Shown piece by piece: positions 19,188 through 26,553 of a stretch of DNA of 32,877 nucleotides. The stretch lies in assembly GCA_964370975.1 (NCBI GenBank), contig CAYJNV010000006.1:1-32877 (forward strand), in the 5' to 3' direction. This DNA comes from an uncultured Caldilineaceae bacterium (GTDB lineage Bacteria > Chloroflexota > Anaerolineae > Caldilineales > Caldilineaceae). The position numbers were made by a program, and so were the translations under genes. Numbering within the stretch: position 1 is the first letter of the stretch; every line of letters begins with the position of its first letter. The notes beneath the pieces were generated by a model that saw only the letters and a list, made by a program, of their open reading frames with translations, ran no database searches and was not told where the DNA came from.

Positions 19188-20219
19188 ATGCAGAGCAGAC
19201 AGCGTAGCCGCAATGAAGAATACGAAGCGAACGGTGACGCCGAAAAAGCAGACCCTAAGGCGTCGGCGTTGGCCGGCGCAACTGCGTATCAGCCCGCGTA
19301 TCCGCTCCGCGTGGTGGTGCTGAACTGGAATCTTGCTGCCGACACACTGGCATGTGTGCAATCGCTGCTCATCGATGGTTTCCAGCCCGCTGATATCCTG
19401 GTCATGGACAATGGATCAACAGCAGGCCGAGGAACACTTGCAGCAGGACTGCCGCCAGGCGTGGGACAGCTCTATTTGCCGCAGAACGTGGGCTTTGCCG
19501 CAGGTAGCAATGTCGGCATTGCTGCCGCACTTGACACGGGCGCGGCGTGGTTGCTGCTACTGAACAACGATACTCTTGTGGAGCGGGGCGCACGCCGCGC
19601 GCTGCTCGACGCGGCAGCGACAGACACATTTGCGCTTCTCAGCCCGCTCATCCTTTACAGTGATCCGCCTCCGCGTGTCTGGTCGCTGGGCGATCGGCGC
19701 ATTATGGGTACGCTGCTTACGCGCAGCTTATGGCGCAACCAGCCGCCGCCCACGCAACTGCCGACGCTGCTGGAAGTAGACTTCCTCACCGCATGTGCGC
19801 TCATGGTGCGCGCCGACGTCTTCGCGCGTGTAGGGCTGCTGGATGAAGGCTACTTCATGTACGCTGAAGATGCCGACTTCTGCTTGCGCGCGTCCAGGGC
19901 TGGTTTTCACCTCGGCTGCGCAACGGAAGCGCGCATCGCGCACAAAGTGTCGCGCAGCACGGGGAGTACGCACCCGGCCGCGCGTCGCTGGCGCATTTTC
20001 TACCAGGCGCGCTTCTACCGCCTGCATGCGGGGCCAATGCAGCGGCTTCTACTGCTCATGCCCTACACATTGGCGCGTTCGCTCCTAATGGCCGTACGCG
20101 ACCTCCTCGCAGGCCGTTCGCAGATGGCCGCCGCCACGTTGCAGGGATGGCTTAGCGGGTGGGTGCAGACCCATAGTCCCGGCCACAATGCAACTGGCAG
20201 GTCGAATAGCGACCAATGA
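19188..20219 (+). CDS. GT2 glycosyltransferase (WbbL/rhamnosyltransferase-like subgroup)
   Basis: Motifs: VVVLNWNLAADTLACVQSL, VMDNGSTAG, NVGFAAGSNVGI, LLLNNDT, YAEDADFCLRA. The maximal ORF begins at TTG 19179; I chose the first ATG at 19188. Confidence 0.8.
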   Translation: MQSRQRSRNEEYEANGDAEKADPKASALAGATAYQPAYPLRVVVLNWNLAADTLACVQSLLIDGFQPADILVMDNGSTAGRGTLAAGLPPGVGQLYLPQNVGFAAGSNVGIAAALDTGAAWLLLLNNDTLVERGARRALLDAAATDTFALLSPLILYSDPPPRVWSLGDRRIMGTLLTRSLWRNQPPPTQLPTLLEVDFLTACALMVRADVFARVGLLDEGYFMYAEDADFCLRASRAGFHLGCATEARIAHKVSRSTGSTHPAARRWRIFYQARFYRLHAGPMQRLLLLMPYTLARSLLMAVRDLLAGRSQMAAATLQGWLSGWVQTHSPGHNATGRSNSDQ

Positions 20220-21886
20220 ACGATGCTCTCGGAATTCCCGGCACATTGGAGTCGTCGGTTGTTTTATCGCAGCGCGCGCAACGCGTCGTGCGTAATTCGT
20301 TCGCGATCGTTTGCGCTGCGGCAATCGCACTTCTATTCATTCCCCAGGCCTTGGTTGTTGCGGCAGCAGTGCGACTTGCGCCGGATCATCTGCTTGAAGA
20401 GAAGACAGTCGCGCTGCTTGGGGCCCTGCAATGGGTGATGCCCATTGTGGGGGTGCTTGGCATCATCTGGATCTTGCTCGCACCACGTGCACGTAGTTCG
20501 ATGCGCAACTTAGCGATCGTGACTGGCTCCAGTCGGTGGAGCCTTCCAGTGATTTTGGTGCTTGCCACAGTTGTGCGCGTTGCCTGGCTGTATTGGTTCC
20601 CTACTCGACCGTACGCCGATTCGGTTGGCTATATTGCCGCCGCTACGCAACTCGTGAATGGCCATGGCTATGTTTGGGATGCGGAGAGTATGCAACCCCT
20701 GGTCGGATGGCCTGTGGGCTACCCGGCAATTCTGGCCGCCTTGTTCCTGATTACGGGGGTGACTGCTGAGACTGCGCTTGCGCTCAACCTGGTGGTTTCG
20801 GTGCTGACGGTGGCGCAGACGGCTTGGCTTGGATCTCTCCTGTTTGGGAGACGCGTGGGCCTGATGTCCGCGCTTCTGCTGGCGCTGTTTCCGGGCTTTG
20901 TAGTCTATACGAGTCTTGTCAGCACGGAACTTGTGTTCCTGTGGTTGACAAGTCTGTGCTACCTGTTGGCGGCCCGCCCACCGCAGCGAACCACCGCCTT
21001 TGCACCCACGGTCAATGCTGGCATTGCAGCAGGGATTATGGCGGGAGCGGGCGCGCTCGTCCGCTCGACGGGGCTGCTTTTGTTGCCCTTTTGGGTCTTT
21101 GTGAGATGGAGCAGTCAACGCAATGTAAAGCAAGCGGCATTGTGGGCAGTCGCGCTCTTTGCCACTGCTGCGCTCATCGTTTTGCCCTGGACAGCGCGCA
21201 ATTACCTGACGTTCGGCAAGATCATTCCTGTTTCCACCAATGGTGGGATGAACTTCTGGATAGGCAACAATCCGAATTCTCACGGGGCGTATATGTTTCC
21301 GCACGACCCCGCGTTGAATCCACTCTACCCGCTTGCCGAACAACGTGATGAGATTGGCATGGAGTCTGAAGGCTATCGGCTCGGAAGTGCATGGATCCGT
21401 GCGACCTTGCAGACTGACCCCAAGCGCATATTTGTGCTGTACGGCGCCAAAATCGTCTACTTCGTCTCCGGGTTCGATTTTGGCCTGCAATGGAACACGC
21501 TGTCGGCGATGGCGGAAAATCAAAGCGGAACCGGCCTGCGGGCACACGTGCTTGTCAACGGGGCCTATTTGGCGATGCTGGCGGGCGTATTCTTCGGCGT
21601 CTTGGCACTAATGCTCGCGCGCGGACATGGCACCCTGTTGCAGTGGGGGCCGTTGCTCTTCTACCTTTACTGGCTTGCAGTACATATGCCCTTCTTTGGA
21701 CAAGATCGCTTCATGCTCCCGGCGCTGCCCGGGCTGATCATCTTTTGCGCACTGGGCGCGTTGACACTGTTTGACGCCGTGATTGCGACTCCATCTCACG
21801 CGTCGCGAGGTGAAGTCGCAGCATCCTTATCGGAACACCGCATTGACGCGGGTAAAGATGGAATCAATGCCACATGGAAACTGTAG
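20216..21886 (+). CDS. GT-C family membrane glycosyltransferase (PMT_2/ArnT-like)
   Basis: 556-aa polytopic protein. The first-loop motif is WFPTRPYADSVGYIAAATQLVNGHGY (Asp plus Tyr pattern of ArnT/PMT_2-like enzymes). The start overlaps the upstream stop (ATGA at 20216-20219). Confidence 0.8.
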   Translation: MNDALGIPGTLESSVVLSQRAQRVVRNSFAIVCAAAIALLFIPQALVVAAAVRLAPDHLLEEKTVALLGALQWVMPIVGVLGIIWILLAPRARSSMRNLAIVTGSSRWSLPVILVLATVVRVAWLYWFPTRPYADSVGYIAAATQLVNGHGYVWDAESMQPLVGWPVGYPAILAALFLITGVTAETALALNLVVSVLTVAQTAWLGSLLFGRRVGLMSALLLALFPGFVVYTSLVSTELVFLWLTSLCYLLAARPPQRTTAFAPTVNAGIAAGIMAGAGALVRSTGLLLLPFWVFVRWSSQRNVKQAALWAVALFATAALIVLPWTARNYLTFGKIIPVSTNGGMNFWIGNNPNSHGAYMFPHDPALNPLYPLAEQRDEIGMESEGYRLGSAWIRATLQTDPKRIFVLYGAKIVYFVSGFDFGLQWNTLSAMAENQSGTGLRAHVLVNGAYLAMLAGVFFGVLALMLARGHGTLLQWGPLLFYLYWLAVHMPFFGQDRFMLPALPGLIIFCALGALTLFDAVIATPSHASRGEVAASLSEHRIDAGKDGINATWKL

Positions 21887-22854
21887 TGTGCAACCTCTGC
21901 GGCGCCGCCGACGCGACCGAATTTGCCGTCGTCCCCGATCTGCTCCTTGATCGTCCCGACGTCCACGCCCGTCTCGTACGCTGCAATGCCTGCGGGCTTG
22001 TCTACCAGAACCCGCGCCCCACGCCAGACGAAATCGGGGTGCACTATCCTTCAACCTACGAGTCCTACGCCAACCATCGCGTCCGCGCCAAAGGCCAGTT
22101 ACTGCGACGCGCCTACGATTATGGAATGCAGAAGCGTTGCCGCTTTGTCACGCGTGCCTTACCGCAAGGAGGACGTCTGCTTGACCTGGGATGCGCTGCC
22201 GGCGCCTTCCTCGTTGCCATGCGCGAGCAAGCCAACTGGGAGGTGGAGGGCGTTGAGTTAAGTAAGGAGACGGCGCAAAGCGCACGTGAGCACAATGGGC
22301 TCAAGGTCTTCGCAGGCACGCTTGAACAGGCCAACTTCCCGGACAACCACTTTGACGCTGTGACGCTGTGGGATGTACTGGAACACCTGCATGACCCTGT
22401 CGGGACGCTCGCGGAGATCAATCGCGTTCTGCGCCCAGGTGGAGTTGCCGTTATCCGCGTGCCAAATTTCGATAGTTGGGATGCATCGCTCTTTGGCTTG
22501 TACTGGGCCGGACTGGATGCGCCGCGCCACTTGTACATCTACACGCGCGCGACGCTGGCAAACTCTCTGCGCGCCGGTGGTCTAGAGTTACTCGGTCAAT
22601 CAACGGCGATAGGTTCCTACCCCATCTTTGCCCTCAACGTGCGCTTCTGGTTGAACGCCCGCGGTGCAACCCCAGGCGTCAAAGGCGCAATATCGAAGGC
22701 CCTGTACAACCCGATCAGCCGGCTGTTGAGCGTGCCGGTATTCTTCGTCCCATCTGTGGCGGGGGCAGGGCCACTGCTTGTCGCGACGGCACGCAAACCG
22801 GTGGGTCGGCCCGCACCGAGCCCACAGAAGAACAAGGACATGGCACATCCATGA
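21874..22854 (+). CDS. class I SAM-dependent methyltransferase with N-terminal Cys4 zinc ribbon
   Basis: CNLCGAAD...VRCNACGLVY forms the CxxC..CxxC ribbon. LLDLGCAAGAFL is motif I, followed by DAVTLWDVLEHL and LRPGGVAVIRVPN. Overlaps the upstream gene by 13 nt. Confidence 0.8.
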   Translation: METVVCNLCGAADATEFAVVPDLLLDRPDVHARLVRCNACGLVYQNPRPTPDEIGVHYPSTYESYANHRVRAKGQLLRRAYDYGMQKRCRFVTRALPQGGRLLDLGCAAGAFLVAMREQANWEVEGVELSKETAQSAREHNGLKVFAGTLEQANFPDNHFDAVTLWDVLEHLHDPVGTLAEINRVLRPGGVAVIRVPNFDSWDASLFGLYWAGLDAPRHLYIYTRATLANSLRAGGLELLGQSTAIGSYPIFALNVRFWLNARGATPGVKGAISKALYNPISRLLSVPVFFVPSVAGAGPLLVATARKPVGRPAPSPQKNKDMAHP

Positions 22855-23654
22855 TTGACATTCAGCACGCAACCATACGTCAGGGCCAGTCCATTCAAGA
22901 CGCGTACGATGAGCTCTTCCAGGAACGCTCGCTCATCATGCGCGACTCGTTCTACTTGTGGATTCTGGAACTCGCGCGCCCGGCCCCTGGCGATTTGCTG
23001 GTTGACGTTGCCACCGGCAACGGGCGGCTGGTGGAACTGGCCACCGCACAGGGGATCCGTGCGGTGGGCGCCGATCTCTCCTACCAAGGTATTGCCACTG
23101 TGGCCGCGTCAGCACCCGAAGCGGCTTCCTGGCTCGTCTCTGACGGCCAATGCATGGCGCTGCCCGATGGTTCGGTGGATCGCGTCATCAGCCTCGGGAG
23201 TCTTGAACACTACGACGATCCGCTTCAGGGCGCGTCCGAGCTTGCGCGTATTCTCAAGCCGAACGGTCGCGCGGTCGTATTGCTGCCGAATGCCTACGGC
23301 ATTTTTGGCAACGTCAAGTACGTTTGGCAGCATGGCGAGGTATTTGACGATGGGCAACCCCATCAGCGCTATGCGACGCGCGGCACATGGGAGCGAATGC
23401 TGCAGCGGGCCGGGCTCATGCCCGAACGACTGGTCGCATGGACTGAAGTCAACCGCCCGCGCACGCGACGTGACTTTGACGTCATGCTGCGCAGTCCACA
23501 AAAGATCGTGCGCGCCGCACTTGCTGCTGCCTTTCCGGTCAATCTCGCCAACCAACTGGTCTTCCTGTGCCGGCGGTCGTCAAACGCCGAGAAGGCGTCG
23601 GCAGCGGCCCACTACACCACGCTTCCCACTCACTTTGAGCGTACCACGTCATGA
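22851..23654 (+). CDS. class I SAM-dependent methyltransferase (Methyltransf_11-like)
   Basis: I trimmed the maximal ORF (from 22476) to ATG 22851, which overlaps the upstream stop (ATGA). LLVDVATGNGRL is motif I, followed by DRVISLGSLEH and LKPNGRAVVLLPN. Confidence 0.8.
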   Translation: MIDIQHATIRQGQSIQDAYDELFQERSLIMRDSFYLWILELARPAPGDLLVDVATGNGRLVELATAQGIRAVGADLSYQGIATVAASAPEAASWLVSDGQCMALPDGSVDRVISLGSLEHYDDPLQGASELARILKPNGRAVVLLPNAYGIFGNVKYVWQHGEVFDDGQPHQRYATRGTWERMLQRAGLMPERLVAWTEVNRPRTRRDFDVMLRSPQKIVRAALAAAFPVNLANQLVFLCRRSSNAEKASAAAHYTTLPTHFERTTS

Positions 23655-24640
23655 GTCGGCCCGATGCGCCCTCCCCGGCTCCCGCGCCACCGGGTCCGCC
23701 CGGTAGGCTCGGCGACGAAAGCGAAACTCCAACGCCACGGCGCGGCAGCCGCTACCTTGCAGCCGGCATTACAGCCCTTCTCATGGCGCTGATTCTCGGC
23801 TGGCTGCTCTTCCGTGAGCGCGACGCCCTTGCCACAATTAACGTGCAGCACGCCTGGCCGCGACTGGTTGCAGGCCAGGTGCTGATGCTCATCGGCCTGA
23901 TCGGTGCAGCGTGGGTATGGGGGAGCATCATGCGTGCCGTCGGTTCGCGGCTTGCCATGGTGGACCATTTTCACATTTATGCGAGCACCTATCTCTCGCG
24001 CTTTCTGCCCGGCACAATCTGGTATGTAGTGGGACGCAGCGCCTTCTACCGCATAGAGGGTGAGACAGCGCGTTCGGTGACCGTGGGCAGCGCGATTGAG
24101 TTGCTGTTGTCCACAGTGGCGGGAGCGCTGTTGGCGTTTGCGCTTGGGATTCTGGTGGCAACTCAGACGCCTGCGGCCACGCTGCCTGTGCTGGCTTTAG
24201 CAGTGGCCGCAGGCATACTGGCATTCAACCCTCGGGTGCTGGCGCTGCTTGTCAGGCGTCTGCGCTTACCAGCCGTGCCGCCGCTGCCCATGGGCTCCCT
24301 CGCGAGGTGGCTGCTTGTTGACATTTTGGCGTGGCTCATCGGGGCCGTCATCTTTTGGCTTATCGCGAATGAGGTGGGCAGCGTTCCCCTTGCGGCAATT
24401 GGCTACACCACCTTTGCATGGACGTTGATGGGTAGCCTTGTTATCTTCGTATTCTTCTTGCCCAGTAACTTCGGCTTGACCGAAGTGGGGCTGACCCTGC
24501 TGCTTAGCACCATCATGCCCTCTTCCCTCGCGGTTGTCGTTGCGGTCCTCACGCGCATCCTGCAAACCCTATTCGCCGTTGTTGCTTGCGGGCTGATTGT
24601 GGCTGTGACAACACATCGGCGGCGCGCGGCGCGCCCGTAG
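23651..24640 (+). CDS. UPF0104 / lysyl-phosphatidylglycerol-synthase-TM-region-like polytopic membrane protein (putative lipid-linked-sugar flippase)
   Basis: A Pro-rich cytoplasmic N-terminus precedes about 8 hydrophobic helices. IYASTYLSRFLPGTIWYVVGRSAFY resembles the conserved (F)xNxxLPGxxGxxxR loop of the family. The start overlaps the upstream stop (ATGA at 23651-23654). Confidence 0.65.
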   Translation: MSRPDAPSPAPAPPGPPGRLGDESETPTPRRGSRYLAAGITALLMALILGWLLFRERDALATINVQHAWPRLVAGQVLMLIGLIGAAWVWGSIMRAVGSRLAMVDHFHIYASTYLSRFLPGTIWYVVGRSAFYRIEGETARSVTVGSAIELLLSTVAGALLAFALGILVATQTPAATLPVLALAVAAGILAFNPRVLALLVRRLRLPAVPPLPMGSLARWLLVDILAWLIGAVIFWLIANEVGSVPLAAIGYTTFAWTLMGSLVIFVFFLPSNFGLTEVGLTLLLSTIMPSSLAVVVAVLTRILQTLFAVVACGLIVAVTTHRRRAARP

Positions 24641-24964
24641 AACCTGGTGATACTGGGGCAAACGCCATCACCCAAACGGAGTATCATTCTCCAGAGAAAA
24701 GCCGCGCAGCGCGTTTGCGACGGCATTTGCGCCTGGATGCAGAAGAGTGAGCAGAATACCCCCATCGTTGTATTGAAGTGCTGCGCGAAATGGCGCATGA
24801 TGGTCGCAGCGAATGGCAGGTCGATGTTCGACGACCTCGGCACTTCCTGCACGCCGCGCCGGAATTAAGGCAATTCGACCAGTTTCTGTCGCGGCGCTTT
24901 CAAGTCACGTCAGATCAAAGTAGACAGTCACCGCTTTCAATTTGCTTTCCAGGGGAGGCACACA

Positions 24965-26293
24965 ATGTCAAAGGGATTACGCGTTCTGATTGTATTAGCG
25001 ATGCTGGCAGGCATCTTCGTCGTAGGTGGTGCGCAGGTTGCGTTGGCGCAGAACACCCAGTTCGCCGCCTATACATCGGGTATCCAGGTGGCAAACCTTG
25101 ACACAGTTCAGGCCGCAGTCGTGCTCATCGGCTACAATGCCGATGGAACGCAGAGCGGTTCGCCACTGAATGATACAATTCCGATCAACAGTTCCAAGAC
25201 GTACTTCCCGATCAGCAACGTAGCGAACGGCTTCAGTGGCTCGTTTGTGATTTCGTCCGACAAGAAGGTTGCGGCAATCAGCAACATTCTCTCGTCCGAC
25301 TTCAAAGCGGGTGCTTCGTACGTGGGCCGCTCGGGCGGCGCTACCAAGGTGCTGTTGCCGTTGCTGAACAAGAACAACTCGGGTTTCACCACGTGGTACA
25401 GCGTACAAAACGCCGGTGCGGGTGATGCCAGTGTGTCGGTCGCCTACAGTGACGGCACAAACGTCGGTCCATTCGTTGTCAAGGCTGGCGCTGCCAGGGT
25501 CTTCTACCAGGCAGCCGAGACGCACAGCGTTCCGGTCTTTGCAGGCACTGTCACGAGCAACCAGCCGGTTGTGGCGGCGGTAATACAGGAGAACAACCAG
25601 ATTATGTTCGCCTACACCGGGTTCACCGGTGGCACGACAAATCCAGTGTTCCCTCTGATCAATTCCAACAACTCAGGCTATGTCACGGGTCTGCAGATCC
25701 AAAATGGTGGTGATCAGGCAACAGAAGTGACTGTACAGTACACACCTGGCATTGCGGGCACAGCATGCACCGAGACACAGACCATTGCCAAGGGCGGGTC
25801 CAACACCTTTGCGCTGCGTGCATTCTTGCAGACAGTGGCCGGAGAGAACTGCGCCAATGGTGCGCGTTTCGTCGGCTCGGCACGCGTCTCGACAAACAGC
25901 ACCAACCAGCCGCTTGTGGCCGTGGGCAACCAGTTGGGCGTCGGCAACGGCGAAGCGTATGGTGCGTTTGACGCCGCTGAAGCAGGCCCCGTCGTCGTGA
26001 TGCCCTTGATCATGGACCGCAATGGCGCTTTCTTCACGGGCTTTAGCGTTCAGAATGTGGGCGTCGCGACTGCCGTCGAGTGCGTCTTCAGCAACAACGC
26101 TTACAAGGTTAACGCCAACCTGCAGCCCGGCCAGGCCGTATCGGACATTCAGTTCAACAAGCTCGGCGCCGGCTACGTCGGTGCGGCTACATGCAGCTCC
26201 AATCCGCCGAGCACACTCGTTGCGATTGTCAACGAGCTGAGCGTGACGCCGGGTGTGGACAACTTCCTCGTCTACGAAGGAATCAAGAAGTAG
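24965..26293 (+). CDS. secreted protein built from four ~100-aa tandem repeats (unknown family; candidate surface/sheath protein)
   Basis: The signal peptide is MSKGLRVLIVLAMLAGIFVVGGAQVALA|QN, and a strong SD GGGGAGG lies 6-7 nt upstream. Four internal repeats share PL(I/L)xxxNxG(F/Y)xTxxx(V/I)QNxG..V.V.Y, then (F/Y)xG(S/T)..V(S/T)SN..P(L/V)VAxxN, then Y.G. A hairpin terminator follows the gene. Confidence 0.8.
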   Translation: MSKGLRVLIVLAMLAGIFVVGGAQVALAQNTQFAAYTSGIQVANLDTVQAAVVLIGYNADGTQSGSPLNDTIPINSSKTYFPISNVANGFSGSFVISSDKKVAAISNILSSDFKAGASYVGRSGGATKVLLPLLNKNNSGFTTWYSVQNAGAGDASVSVAYSDGTNVGPFVVKAGAARVFYQAAETHSVPVFAGTVTSNQPVVAAVIQENNQIMFAYTGFTGGTTNPVFPLINSNNSGYVTGLQIQNGGDQATEVTVQYTPGIAGTACTETQTIAKGGSNTFALRAFLQTVAGENCANGARFVGSARVSTNSTNQPLVAVGNQLGVGNGEAYGAFDAAEAGPVVVMPLIMDRNGAFFTGFSVQNVGVATAVECVFSNNAYKVNANLQPGQAVSDIQFNKLGAGYVGAATCSSNPPSTLVAIVNELSVTPGVDNFLVYEGIKK

Positions 26294-26345
26294 GCGAAAG
26301 TTCCGTGGCGCGCTGCATGGGCGCCGCGATCATGGGACGAATTGT

Positions 26346-26376
26346 GGAACGGGCGAGGATGCTCCTCGCCCGTTCC
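26346..26376 (+). terminator. hairpin terminator candidate after the repeat-protein gene
   Basis: GGAACGGGCGAGGA-tgc-TCCTCGCCCGTTCC is a perfect 14-bp GC-rich stem with a 3-nt loop, 52 nt after the stop. Only a short CUUG follows, so there is no real U-tract. Confidence 0.55.
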
Positions 26377-26553
26377 CTTGCCCGATGAACGCGCCGCTGC
26401 CGTGCCGGCAGATTCGTGTGTGCAGCAATGGTCTAGTGCTGCGGTACAATAACGGCAAAGCCAGCTCGGAACAGTGATTTTTTCCCTGAAAGGCGCCTTG
26501 CGAGCGCAACAGAGTCGCCAAGCGACGAAAATTGAGAGAGCCATGAGGTCTTT

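Noticed and set aside
24647-24868. 73-aa GTG-initiated ORF, plus the overlapping 24778-25101 ORF, in the spacer upstream of the repeat-protein gene.
   Set aside because: There is no SD. The composition is Cys/Arg-rich and odd. The second ORF overlaps the well-supported signal peptide of the 24965 gene out of frame. I treat this region as non-coding regulatory DNA. I could not identify a convincing promoter in it either; TAGACA at 24921 has no properly spaced -10.
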